Shown here piece by piece: positions 1-12,264 of a stretch of DNA of 64,000 nt (the first letter of the stretch is position 1; the number at the start of each line of letters is the position of its first letter). The notes under the pieces are model-generated. The model was not told where the DNA came from, made no database searches, and worked only from the letters and a program-made list of their open reading frames with translations. The translations under genes were made by a program, and so were the position numbers. Source of the DNA: Ruditapes philippinarum (taxonomy: Eukaryota); the NCBI RefSeq assembly GCF_026571515.1, contig NW_026852214.1, positions 62,001 to 126,000 on the forward strand, given 5' to 3'.

Positions 1-760
1 GTTGGTGATTTACTAGTCTTGTCATAATCTATTAAATGTCACATCACCAAACCTTACTACTCTAGGCCTAAACATTTTCTTCTTGTTATTGGGAGGAGGG
101 GGTGTGGTCAATCTGACGTGTATTTGACCTTTTGACATTGAAATACAAATGTACATATATATATATTGGTCATCTACAACACATTACAAACCTTAATATT
201 ACATTGTATCATTGTATGGCCAAACGTTTTTTATTCATGGCTTAGCAAGGTAAGGTCCATTGACAGATGAGACAGACATGCAGTTTTAATTAAAAGCAAT
301 ATGTTCCTACTTAAATAATTCAAGTGTGTTATGGCTGCTGTGCATTTCATTTCTGAGTGTTATGAATTACTGTGATTGTGAATGTTCAAGATATTGATAT
401 GGATAAAAAAAGGGTATTTTCCATATGAAAAGGAAAATAAACAAGATGTAACAGATGTGCTTTGTCATTATTAGGAACTTGGCAGTATGCCAAGGATGAG
501 AACAATATTTTGTAGCTTTCAAAAATTTTCTTTCAAGTTAAGACATGGGGAAATTATTGCATTCAGGATAAATACATGTACAGTAATGCCCCTTGTCTAA
601 CAACTGCCCCATAAGTTATGATAATCTAGAATTCTAAGTCTTATTGAGGGACACCTTTGACCATTTTGAAGCAATTCTATTTAATAATGTAGTTTTGAAG
701 AAAAAAATTAAAAAGGGGCATAACTAAAAAGTTAAGCTATCAGAAAAATGCCCCTTGTCA

Positions 761-1509
761 AACAAGAGCCCGGTTTGAGCCGGGTGATGCTCCCAGAATA
801 GGTTTTGGACACAGGAAAGTACACCTCTTGTAGTTTCAGAGTTATGTCCCTGGAAAAAGTTCAAAGTGCAACAATTCCAAAATTAAGCAGAGCAGAGTTA
901 CTGTTCTTTGCACTGCAATTCTAATCAATGTGATCTATCAACCTACAAAGTTTCTTGATGATAACTCTTATGATTTGCGAGTTATGTCCCAGACAACTTC
1001 AAAAAGTAAAAATAAACAAAAGGCAATAACTCCAGAATTAGGCAAGGCAGAGTTATGATTCTTGCGCACTGCACATCTACCAGTTGAGATATATCTACCT
1101 ACAATGTTTAATGTTGATATCTCTTATAGTTTTAAAGCTATGTCCTGGACAAGATTTTTCTAAAAGGGGAAATAATTAAAAAATGAGGCTTAACATCTAC
1201 CCATTAAGATCTATTCACCTACAAAGTTTCATGTTGATATCTCATATAGTTTTAGAGTTATGCCCCGGACAAGATTTTCTTTAAGGGGAGATAATTCAAA
1301 AACCAGACAAAATAGAGTTATGGTTCTTTGACACTGCACTCCCCCTCAATGCCCTCTACCACTGTATGAAGTTTCAACAAATTATCTCCAAGGGTTTTCA
1401 AGTTACTGTATGTTCTGGACAAGACAATGGACGGACAGACGGACGAACAGACAGACGGACAAGGCGCCGACTATATGCTCCCCCGAAATTTTTCGGGTTA
1501 GACTAGCAT
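761..1509 (+). mobile_element. Helentron-associated (HINE/DINE-1-like) non-autonomous element
   Basis: Starts AACAAGAG. ATGCTCCC near the 5' end recurs in a 3' stem-loop (ATGCTCCCCCGAAATTTTTCGGG). Central degenerate tandem repeats (ACCTACAAAGTTT...AGAGTTATG) and a (GGAC/AGAC)n microsatellite at ~1429-1460. Confidence 0.65.
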
Positions 1510-1825
1510 GTCAAGATTAATGTTGATATAACCTTTGAAAGGGCTGGAGTAATATGCACAGTCATATAAGATTTAGCACGACAACAACTACAACAAGTAC
1601 AGGAAAACAGACAACCCAGCCATTGTAATAACTTGACTTGTTATCTGATACAGAAAAATTTGTAAATTAAAAAGATGGCGAGTTTTATAAAGATTATATT
1701 AAATGAATCGTGTTTTAATAACTAGTTTTACCAAGATTTTTATTAAGATGAAATTATTGGTCATTTTCTTTTAATAACTTTTCATGGCAGTTATATTTTT
1801 TTAATAAAATTTAAATTGTACTGTC

Positions 1826-2021
1826 AGATCTCTGCCAAGCCCCCAGGCAGTAGATTAACAACTGGATGGCAGCAATTAATGTTCTGATAAGGGAGTACAC
1901 TACGGCCAATAAAGTTTGAAACTAACAAAAATATATTCCAGCCCAGCTGGTAAACATATCTTTGGGCCGAGCTGGGGGGGTGGGGGCTGCAGCCCTGAAG
2001 CCCGGGCCTGAATCCGCCACT
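1826..2021 (-). repeat. Interspersed repeat, reverse complement of 22039-22207
   Basis: AACAACTGGATGGCAGCA...GATAAGGGAGTACA...GCCGAGCTGGGGGG matches the reverse complement of CCCCCAGCTCAGCC...GTACTCCCTTATC...TGCTGTCATCCAGTTGTT. Confidence 0.7.
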
Positions 2022-2850
2022 GACTGACCTCTTTAGTATCTATTTAAGTGGATTCAATGATGGATTTATTTTTTGTACAATAAAAAGGCAGTATTTTAAT
2101 ATCACTTTACTTTGGAAACTCGTCTATTATTCAATTATTCAGATGAGTAAATTGATCAAGTGTTTGAAATTATTCTTATCAACAGTCGAGCATACATTGA
2201 TAAGTATGCTGTTATTTTGTGAATGCTTAATACTAAACACCAGGAGAATTCTATTTGAAATACCCTGCAAACACTAACCTGTAAAACCATCCAAAAGGTA
2301 CCATAAACAGCACTAGAAAGTCAAGGAAATAACACCATTTTCAACCTCATATATCAAAATTTTCTCAGTCTATGGGAGGGGACACCAAAATATGGTCCGC
2401 CCCGTCCAAACATACTGTCCGCCTTGTACGGTCTGCCTAGCCTCACGGTCCGCCCTATCCGTAATTCCATTCATTATGCTACTGACAATCCATGCATTTG
2501 TATGTTGAGCAGATTGTACCAAGAATGGGTTCTGCTTGTGTTCGTAAGTGCAGATTATGAGCAAGTGTTCAAAGTAAGTAAAAGACAGTTTTACTCAAAT
2601 ATCGCTTAAGAAAACCATTTATATGCACCGTATTTTATGCACATTTACATACCAGGGGTTGTAATTTTGTCACAATTTCCATTCATTCATTATTTATTAT
2701 TTTCATAGAGAATGATGCGGTTGTGCTGCGTAAAAAATTAGACTTAACGCCGTGTGAACACCTGATATTTCTAAAATCAAAATTTCACCATTTTGTTGAA
2801 TTATGCGAAGATAAGGCCCTTCGCGACTTTTCGCAATTTAGATTATTCGA

Positions 2851-3500
2851 GGGTTGTAATAGAATGCGAAATGGACTCCATTTCGCGAAATGAACTTACC
2901 GCCTACGAAATGGACATTTGTTTGTTTAACCATGATGAGTAATATTATTTTTATTAATTTATGTCAAACATATGACATAAAACTACAGATTGAACCAATT
3001 AAAATTACTATTTTCCTATTTTATAGTCATATTTCTGAAAATAATCTGGCCTCTACGAAATGGAGTTTTCGGCCACGAAATGGAGTTTTCGCTTACGGAA
3101 TGGACATTTGCTTTACAAATTATTGTGTAACTGACATGTCACAAAGGGTATCTTTTCTATTCACTAACGTTTATTCTGGGACGACAAAAATATTTTTGTC
3201 CCAGGTTAAACATATGATATAATATAAAACAGAATATTTCTATTTGAAAGACCATGTATAAAACACTGAACTATGTGGCATTATTATACGATTTATATTT
3301 TCAAATGTACAAGCATAAATAATGAAAAAAATATAAACAAAATTGTTTAAATAATAATTTTATGTCATATATCACTTGTTCATTATTAAAAATGTTATTA
3401 AATAGTACACTTAAACCAAAATTAAAGAGACAAATGTCCATTTCGTAGTCGAAAAATTCATTTCGCGAAATGGCGTCCATTTCGCATTTTATTACTACCG
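2851..3500. mobile_element. Mutator (MULE)-like MITE
   Basis: ~44-bp imperfect TIRs (GGTTGTAATAGAATGCGAAATGGACTCCATTTCGCGAAATGAA), 9-bp TSD ATTATTCGA (2842-2850 / 3501-3509), internal ACGAAATGGA subrepeats, no transposase. Confidence 0.85.
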
Positions 3501-3644
3501 ATTATTCGATTAATAATTAGAACTCGAATTTATTGAATTTGCGCACGTTAATCAAGCTCGCCAAATTGCAGTTAAAAGAAAGAAGAAACATGTGTTATAT
3601 TTCATAGAATATCAGTTTATTCCGTTGCTGCAAAAATAAAAAAA

Positions 3645-4108
3645 ATGTATTCTTTGGTCAAGTTACCACTTGTTATTTCGCGCTGCTGTCTAGCGAAATC
3701 TGTGAACATTAGTAAAATCTTATACCCCACCATACAAAAACGATACTTCGCAGACAATTATCCCGGCACTGATGTTGTACCTTTGTGTTCACCGTACTTT
3801 CACCTAAAAATGTTTGTATATACTTTTAAAGACATCACTGTAAATTTTCACATTACAAAAAAGTTTCGTTACGGAGCAATGGATGCTTTCCTGTACATAT
3901 CGGAGTGCTTGAATAACAAAGATTATCACAAACTTTCTGAAGTTATGGTACCAGAATTAATACAAAAATTAAATAATGGGGAGAGAATTGTATCAAGAAC
4001 TACAAAGGCTGATGTCTTCCATGTCAAACACATTTGGTTTATGACATTATGTGATGTACGTGTGACTGAAGATTTATATGTGATTGAAAACAGGGAAAAG
4101 AAAATAAA
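3645..4108 (+). CDS. MAIP1: MAIP1-like (m-AAA protease-interacting protein 1 / C2orf47, Tim44-like domain) paralog A, exon 1 of 2
   Basis: Basic, acid-free N-terminus resembling a mitochondrial presequence (...IQKRYF). Core FRYGAMDAFLYISECLNNKDYHKLSEVMVPEL resembles MAIP1 FxxGAKQAFxxVSxxL...L..LV..E. Donor AA|GTGAGT at 4109, phase 2. Confidence 0.72.
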
Positions 4109-4329
4109 GTGAGTCACTGAGTGCTTTCTTCACCTAGATAGTTGTCCAAATAATTAACAGTGATAAAGGTCATTTTGCAATCTCCTGGATTAGACCCCAA
4201 TGCATATTTCAGATCCTAGAAGTTTCAGCCCCCTATTTGCCCTTTTTAAAAAATAAAATAAAAATTTGTCTACAAATGAGAACAAAACTTTGAAAGATCA
4301 AAGTTTGGTACCTGACCAGCATTCCCATG

Positions 4330-6207
4330 CAGGGCCAGCTTTTTTTTCACTTTTGGGGCAAGGGGGTTGGTGACCTTTGGAGGGGGAAAAATGCAATAGG
4401 AGGGGAAATTTTATTTGTTTATTTATTTTATATTGTTTTCTTTCCAGTAGAAAAGGGAGGCAACTCCTGTAACACAAGGTTAAAATATGTCGCTTTTTCT
4501 TTACATACGGATAAAAAATATTGATGCATTGCATGTTAAACTTGTTGTGACGCTGGGAGTACGAGGGTTGTTCAAAAAGTAATAGGACTGCAGCTCTACT
4601 GATCACATTTTTTCATCTATGTACACGAGTTTCCAAAAATCGAATATCGGAATTTGTCCTCTATATACAGTGAAAAAATCATTACAATATGTTTAAAAAC
4701 AACAATTCTGTACAACTTACAAATGACAAGGGGTACGCAACCCGGCGCACGCTAATTGTTAAATAAATGACGTTCATGACGTCGCAAAATAAATAAAAAT
4801 GCAAACAGCGTCATTCTTTCTGAAATTATTCTCCACAATGTTCTAGGTGCTTGAATCATGTAACTATAACCAGAACTCATCTGTGGAGATGTAGCGAAAA
4901 AAAGCAATCACATTTTCATTTCTTTATTCAAAACATGCCCGGTGGCCGGTAACTTTCGGTTTGATCTCGTGATTTTGAGTATTCTGGAAGCTAAAAGGGC
5001 ATGGACATGTAATGTAAATGACAAAGTGATTTATATTATTTATTTACACATGCCATCTTACATTCTTAAAACAATATGATAATGTACAGTAAATTAAAAA
5101 TGCTTATTAATTGAAAAATATTCTCTTCTTCTGAGCACAGGCTATCATTTATTAAACGAATTCGAGAAAAATTGATACCAATAATTACCGCGTATCATTA
5201 TCAAATTTATTCAATGATTACACACACACATATATATATCTAATAAAACAAAATAGTGTTTAAAACAAATTTCCCCTATTCAATAATTTTCTTAGAACTG
5301 AAACAGTATACCCGATGCAAACATCAAACATGCCGGACAGTTCGCGGGCTGTATATCGCCGATACTTTTGTAGCGCTGTTGCAATTAACGTCTCTAACGT
5401 CATTCAATTTTCCGCTTTCTCCCTAGCCCTTTCGTGTCTGTGATCTCATATTCAACGTCTTTGAACTGCTTTCTACAGCTGAAAACGAGTGTCCTAATTG
5501 CCTAATTATTGTTCTGTGAAAATTCAATCTTTTCATACGTAGTTGAAGGAGTAGGGCCTATCTGTTGGCAAAATTTAATGATAGTACACATTTTAAGTTT
5601 TTAAACGAACGTCATTTTTCTGCATTTAACGCGATTATCACTGCTGTTCAAAACGTTATAGTTTAGCGATTTCTGGTTTGAATGACATCAAATTTGAACA
5701 ACATGACACTTTAATATGATACAATGTGTTGGTGAAATATTAGGGGGAGAAGACAACATATTACGAATAAACTGAAAGTACAAATTAGCGTCAAAATATT
5801 TTTGACGCGCTGCGCCGGGTGCGTGTTACCATGGTTATTTAATACCACAGGGAACACGCGTTTAGCGCAATAATTCAATAAACTTATGCTGAAGTTGTAG
5901 AAAACAATTAACTATTGCCGTGGATATAAAAATATTTAAAATCTAATGGAATATGGAGATATAAGACTCTTAGTCCTATTACTTTTTGAACAACCCTCGT
6001 AACTCCCCTTACCTACCCGAGAACAATTTGTAAACAACCTGGCTTAGCTGTAAGTCTTACAGGCATAAAATAAAACATTTTTCGGTAGTTTAATAGTTGT
6101 AAAAAAAAATGATATTCATTGCAGGCAAATTCGGGCTGCTGTATAGGCGGAAATTTCAGCTTTGAGGGGGGAAAATATACTATATTGAGGGGGGAACGTG
6201 GCCGAAT
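4330..6207 (+). mobile_element. CAG-terminal MITE family copy in gene A intron, interrupted by a mariner-like element
   Basis: 4330-4561 plus 6002-6207 align collinearly with 21013-21450. Boundaries are approximate and the right end is truncated. Confidence 0.75.
4562..5999. mobile_element. Non-autonomous Tc1/mariner element
   Basis: Perfect 28-bp TIRs CGAGGGTTGTTCAAAAAGTAATAGGACT (4562-4589 / 5972-5999) and TA TSD (4560-61 / 6000-01). The empty site GGGAGTA is visible in the sister repeat at ~21234-21240. No long ORF. Confidence 0.92.
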
Positions 6208-6329
6208 TAGTGAAAACTAGTTTGGGCCAGTGTAAATTTTAAGAAAATTTAGTTAAATATATATATAGTAGAATAAATTCAAAACTGGAATTCCGGCCAG
6301 TAAATTCAAAATCTTTAATTAAATGACTG
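6208..6329 (-). mobile_element. Partial inverted copy of the 155-bp MITE at 22223-22377
   Basis: GGCCAGTGTAAATTTTAAGAAAATTTAG...TAGTAGAATAAATTCAAAACTGGAATTC...ATGACTG is the reverse complement of the gene B intron copy. Confidence 0.75.
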
Positions 6330-6373
6330 GAATTGCAATTTTATTCATGTTTTTTTTTTTTTTTTTTTTTCAG

Positions 6374-6623
6374 TACAATGTGTGTTCTTATACGATTTGT
6401 CTACTTAACCAAGGATTTACCAAGTAAAAATTTTGCAAAAAATTTAATGTACTTTATGGACAAAAAGAGGAAGAGTCACACATACAACTGCTACATGCAG
6501 TTCTATCGGACTTACGGGGAAAATGTAAAAGACTCCCAGTGGTTTGTTGGAGGCATGTTCTATTTCACACCACTTGAGAGACTGACCCTCTTTAGATGGA
6601 TGAAAAATAAGTTTAATATGTAG
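6374..6623 (+). CDS. MAIP1: MAIP1-like paralog A, exon 2 of 2 (spliced product 237 aa)
   Basis: Poly-T tract + CAG acceptor (AG 6372-73), phase matches exon 1. TMCVLIRFVYLT...CYMQFYRTYGENVKDSQWFV resembles the MAIP1 C-terminus (ILMCFWYLT...YEFQREFTQGVKPDWTI). TAG stop. Confidence 0.72.
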
Positions 6624-8149
6624 TGCTTTTAAATATGATTGAAAAGACATCGAATTTCAAAATTTACTGCAGTTTTGTTAGATTGAAGCAACTTGTCTTC
6701 TAGTGACATCTTGACTGCCAACAAACAGGAGAAATGGTAATTACAGTGTTACAAATGTGAATAATTTTTCAAGACTTTTTATTTCTGTGCACATCTCACT
6801 TGATTCATCTTTTGCTAACACCAGTGCTGGAATTTGTCATTTTTCACCTTGGAGATGTAACATAGCCTTTAGATTATTAGGCTCACAGGTAATCGGATAA
6901 AGGAAACAAGTTTGGACCTGTTATATATAGAATCAGAAAGTACAGTCTGTCCCAGTGTACCAATAGCTAATGTTTGATTACTTATAGATACTTTCTCATC
7001 AGAAGTCACCAGTTTATTTGATGTACAGTGCCTTTGTTAGGCAAAAATATGTTTCGTTTGAGATTTTTGTACCAGTACCTATAATAATAAGTTGACAATG
7101 TTATGAGCTTTGGCAGGTTTTTTTTTTTTTTTTTTTCAATCAATCTACTTTGTATATTATTGACATTAACTGATTTGTCAAGCCTACAATTTGGAAACAA
7201 AATCAAAGTCAAAGGGATTTCAATAATCAAAATTGATGTAACAACTGTATAGCGTTATGTCAGTGCAATAACGGAGTAATTCCTTCTGAATTTAATAAGA
7301 TTTAATCAGTTATTGCATCAAGGTGATGATAGTGGAGCCTGGTCCGACTGCCTAGAAGTGCAGACTGGCCGGTGCAAGATCCGGTGGCACTGTGCAATAA
7401 AAGAAAAATTAATGACCTAAATTAAGGTAGATATGTAGTATGTTATTGATGAAAAATTTTGAAATATTACTACAAAGATAGATTTTCTTTTAATACAAGT
7501 AAGGAAATCATACAAGTAAAGAAATCATACAAGTAATGTACATATTTTTGTTTTTGAAATTTTCAATACCTGTTAAAAATGATTTGTGTTTCATTTGATT
7601 TGTATTTTATTTGTTCATTTCATTTATATCTTTCGAAAACAATATAATTGATTAAATACAATTTTTTAGCTTGATTAAATACAATTTTTTAGCTTGACTA
7701 TTCAAGGAATGAGTAGGACTGACCTTATACTCACCCATGCATCAGTTAAAGTTTTGCAATGCAACATCATATCTCATCAACCACTAATGAAATTTGATTG
7801 TAACTTCACACACATATTTGAAGGCATAATGGGAGACCCATAACTGATCTAGCTTAGATTTTGACAGAATTATGGCACTTTTTGAACTGTGAAAATGATT
7901 GATTAAAGTTTTGCATGCATGCCCAGGTTGACCCATAGTTTTTATGGACAAGTGAAAGTTTTCTGTTATGAATATTATAAGGACAAAGCAGACAAGTAAG
8001 TCAAAATCTGATTTCCCCGGCCCTTAGTAATTTTAATTGACAAATTGTTAAGTGTCGAGATTGAAAGAATTAGACATGGGCATGTAAGATATTTTACATA
8101 AGTGTAATTGTTAAAACATGCATTAATACACTTGTTACTATATATAGTA

Positions 8150-8775
8150 ACAAAATTGCCCATGATTTAAACTAATTATGAGTGTCATGTGACCTATTAT
8201 GAGTTTGCGGCCCGGGGCCGAGAACTAGTTATGAGCCCGCAGAACTAATGCACGTGCACAAACCGAAACAATGACGTCAGATTTTACGTCAACAGTTAAC
8301 TGTAAAAGTGAAAGTAGGTTTTTAGCACGAAACGCTTGATTTTATTATGAGAGCTTTTAAAAGCGTATTTCGTACAAACACAGTTTTTTAACAATTGAAA
8401 TTTAAAGAAATAATACCACAAATTCATTCCGAGAAAAAATGAAAATAATACTTGCTTCTAGATTCTAGTGTACTTTGTATACATAAAAAGTAAACAACTC
8501 TGTAGAAGTAACTGTACAGTAGATGTAGATCTACAGACGGGAATTTCAACGAAAGAAATATCAAAGTAATTTTTTTTTTGAAAAATGCTACTAGATCTCA
8601 TTAGATCTACCAAGTGTATTAAAGACATTAATACACGTCATAGTTGTGCCAGAAGGTGATAATCGGCCCTGAAATGAATAATGCCCTCGGGCTGAAACCC
8701 TCGGGGGCCATTATTCATTTTGCGGGCCGATTATCACCTTCCGGCCCTACTCTGCCGTGTATTAATCTCTTAATA
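8150..8775. mobile_element. Non-autonomous element ending in a ~159-bp palindrome (Crypton-like, tentative)
   Basis: Hairpin 8617-8775: ATTAATACACG...GAAGGTGATAATCGGCCC...AATGAATAATG[CCCTCGGGCTGAAACCCTCGGGGGC]CATTATTCATTT...GGGCCGATTATCACCTTC...CGTGTATTAAT. Left boundary and superfamily are uncertain. Confidence 0.5.
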
Positions 8776-9429
8776 ATTAATTTGGGAATAGAAATTTTAT
8801 TCATATTTGTATACCATAACTTTGTATCTTCCTTGTATGAAAACATGTAAACAAGAATTTGACAAAAGTTTAACAAAAAAAGGTAATTGGAAAAGGATGG
8901 AGATGAAAAATTATTATCATACACATATATTGTAGACACATTTTTGATACTGTACAAACTTTAATGGAATTTTTGTCAATGTTTTTGTCCTGTACTTGGT
9001 ACAGTATTTTTAAGGGACCATTATTAAGATGGTAATCTACTGTTTCGAATAATTGCTATTACTTTTTCAGTTAGAATTCAGAGTTTTATTAAATATGATA
9101 GAAAGTGGTTGAAAATTGGTGTTTTTTGTAATTGTCCTTATGTGTTGAAATATAAAGGATTTCAATAAATGATATTTTTAAGCCATTTATTGGAAGTACC
9201 AATGTACATGACTGTACATATTTAGGTCTGTCCTACTAAACCTGACTTAAATGGTGTCCACGTTCATGTCCAGATTTTGGTTAAAGTTTTTGTGAAGCAA
9301 AGTATTATTCACTATTAATGATATTTTTTTCATCATATTCGGGAAGGTTCATAATTTTAGCACCAATATTTCAATGATTATTCACCCTTGAACTTAAAAT
9401 TTAATAAATGTTATTTTAATGCCATGGCA

Positions 9430-9790
9430 GTATCTGTAAAGCTTCTTCAAAACTAGAAGGGCTATCGCTTAGATTTTGGTATGAAATATTGCCTAGTCAA
9501 CCTCTTCAAAGATTGTTCAAATATCAACACATTCAGGGTCAAAATTGATCTTGTCATAGATTTTATGTACATGTATAGTAAATTTTAAAATTAAAATTTT
9601 GAATTTAAAAAATATTCTGCTCCATAACCACAGGGGCTATATCTTAGATATTTGGCATGAAACATTGTCTTGTGTACATCTACCAAGATTGTGCAAATAA
9701 TAAGACTGGTGTCAAAATTGGTCCTGCACCGAGATGGGTTTATCCTAATTAGATTTTTAGATTTCTATAAAATAAAAAAATAGGGCAGTG
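9430..9790 (+). repeat. Degenerate satellite-like units (HINE core type)
   Basis: GGGCTAT..CTTAGAT.TTTGG.ATGAAA.ATTG...AAGATTGT.CAAATA...GGTCAAAATTG occurs twice. Related units lie at ~24630-25190. Confidence 0.55.
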
Positions 9791-9835
9791 ATGGCCCTTT
9801 ATTGCTAACCTGACTGAAGCATAAATAATTATATG

Positions 9836-10305
9836 TTTGCTATGGAAAGTCAATGGTTACTATGGAAGTCATTGGTTGCTATAGAATATTGATGGTTGCT
9901 ATGGAAAGTCAATGGTTACTATGGAAAGTTAATGATTGCAATGGAAGTCGGTGTTTGCTACGGAAAGTCATTGGTTGTTATGACATTAGTCACTTGTTAC
10001 TATGGAAAGTCAGTCGTTGCTATTGAACGTCATCAGTTGCTATGGAAAATCAATGGTTGCTATGGAAGTCACTGGTTGCTATTGAAACTCAATGATTGCT
10101 TTGGAAAGTCACTGTATGCTATGGATGTTAATGGTTGCTAGGGAAAAGTTGTTGTTTGCTCGGGAAGTCTCTGGTTGAAAGTAAACAGTTGCTATGAAAA
10201 GTCAGTGATTGCTGTGGTAGCCACAGGAGGCTATTGCACTGGTTGCTATGGAAGTCAATGGTTGCTATAGACAATCAATGGTTGCTTTAGACGATCAATG
10301 GTTGG
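9836..10305 (+). repeat. 19-20 bp minisatellite (GTTGCTATGGAA(A)GTCAATG)n
   Basis: More than 20 degenerate tandem copies. A reverse-complement array lies at 25245-25390. Confidence 0.9.
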
Positions 10306-10334
10306 TATATCGGTACATGTAAGGAACATCCTTG

Positions 10335-11650
10335 ACCCAACCTACACAACAAAAGTGTAACAGGGGTATACTGGAATCAGCTTGTCCGTCCGACCTTCCG
10401 TCGGTTTTCCTTGTCCGCCCAATTACTTAAGATTCCCACAGTCTTCATATTTAGTAATAAGATTGTTCATGGTTAGTAGGTGATCCCTATTGATTTTGAG
10501 GTCACCAGGTAAAGGTCACAAGGGCCTTGACTAAAAAAGCTTGTCCGCCCAATAACGTAAGAATCCTTTGACCCGCAGTCTTTATATTTAACATTGAGGT
10601 TAGTCATGACCATTAAATGACCCCTTTTGATTTTGAGGTCAAAGGTCAAGGTCATGGGCCTTGACTAAAAAAAAGGCTTGTCCGCCCAATAACATATGAA
10701 TCCTTTGACACACAATCTTCATATTTGGCATGGAGGTTAGTCATGAACATGAGATGACACCTATAGATTTTGAGGTCTCTAGTTCAAAGGTCAAGGTCAG
10801 AAGAGCCTTGACTAAAGAAAGCTTGTCTGCTTAATAACTTAAGATTGAATTGACCAGTCTTCATATTTGGTATTTAGATTGGTCATGATAAGTAGATGAC
10901 CCCTATTAATTTTGAGATCACAAGGTCAAAGTCACAGGCACCTTTTCTTTGAAAAGTTTGTACGCTCAATTACTTTATAATGCTTTGGTCAACAGTCTTA
11001 TTAGAAGACCCCTATTGATTTTGAGGTCGCTGGGTCGAAGGTCATGGTCAGAAGAGCCTTGACTAAAAAAAAACCTTGTCCACCCAATAACTTAAGATCT
11101 TCATATTTGGGATTGAGGTTGGTTATGACAAGTAGATGACCCCTATTGATTTTGAGGTCAAAGGTCAACGGGGCTTGACTTCAAAAAGCTTGTCCGCCCA
11201 ATAACCAAAGAATCCTTTGACCCACAATCTGCATATTTGGCATGGAAGTTAGTCATGACCATAAGATGACCCCTATTGATTTTGAGGTCACTGAGTCAAA
11301 GGTAAAGGTCACAGGGGCCTTGACGTCTAAAAGCTTGTCCACCTAATAACCTAAGAATCCTTTGATACACAATCTTCTTATTTGGCATGGAGTTTGATCA
11401 TGGTGACCCCTGCTGATTTTGAGGTCAAAGGTCACAGGGGCCTTTTCTTTGAAAAGCTTGTCCGCTCAATTACTTTATAATGCTTTGGTCAACAGTCTTC
11501 ATATTTGACATGGAGGTTAGTCATGACTATTAGAAGACCCCTATTGATTTTGAGGTCGGAAGAGCCTTGACTAAAAAAACTTGTCCACCCAATAAAGGTC
11601 AAGGTCACAGGGGCCTTAAGTTCAAAAAGCTTCATCGCTCAATTGCTTAA
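10335..11650 (-). mobile_element. Degraded HINE with 145-bp-family satellite array (same family as 57593-59370, opposite strand)
   Basis: GGGGTATACTGGAATCAGCTTGTCCGTCCG at ~10363 is the reverse complement of the 3' end of the 57.6-59.4 kb copy. Repeated ATGACCCCTATTGATTTTGAGGTCA...AAGGTCA units. Confidence 0.85.
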
Positions 11651-12264
11651 CTAAAAAAATTATAAATAAATGTTACAAAACAACAATTTTTCACCAAAAT
11701 TAGGTGAAAGACCACATGAAAAAACTAGTTTTTCATAATTTTTTGTTAACCCTTTACCTCATATATACGCGAAACAACGCACTTTCGACTCTCCCCCCCC
11801 CCCCTTTTTTTAGGCCTAAAATAGTGGAAAAAAAATGTCCTATTTGGGCCCAAAACATATGTTTTCATTTGAGAAATGTTGCTAAAACATGCAAAAGAAA
11901 ATTTTGGACTTGTGAGAGGCTAAAAATGACCCCAGGTCGATCATAAGGTAACGTGTAACCAACGCTGAAGAGCCTTTGACTCTATCTCAATCCCTTGAGA
12001 AGTTGCAGCACTTTGAAATAAATTTTTATGGAAAAAATCGAGGCAAAATAGTGATTTTTGGCAATTTTGAGATGTCCCCTCGTTGCCATGGTAACAGGAA
12101 TTTAAGACTGAGCATGTCGTTACAAAGGCAATGGTCCAGTCAACATTTGTGCCAAGTTTGATTAGTATTGAAGCATTTTTCATAGTTTCATAGCAGTTTG
12201 AACTTGTAACAGGAGGCTTATCAGTGAATAATTAGTTAATGACCCGTATTTATTTATAGGTCCC

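Noticed and set aside
4109-4112. TGA ending ORF 3645-4112 as true stop or selenocysteine
   Set aside because: It is part of the GTGAGT donor; the phase-compatible exon 2 continues the homology. The same holds for TAA in GTAAGT of gene B.
9836-10305. Short-repeat array / ORF 9896-10141 as a repeat protein or CRISPR
   Set aside because: Contiguous degenerate 19-20 bp minisatellite with no spacers; the unit is not a multiple of 3.
11700-12260. ORFs 11704-12183 as a gene
   Set aside because: Short ORFs on both strands with no motifs, embedded among repeats. Probably an unclassified interspersed repeat whose ends I could not define.
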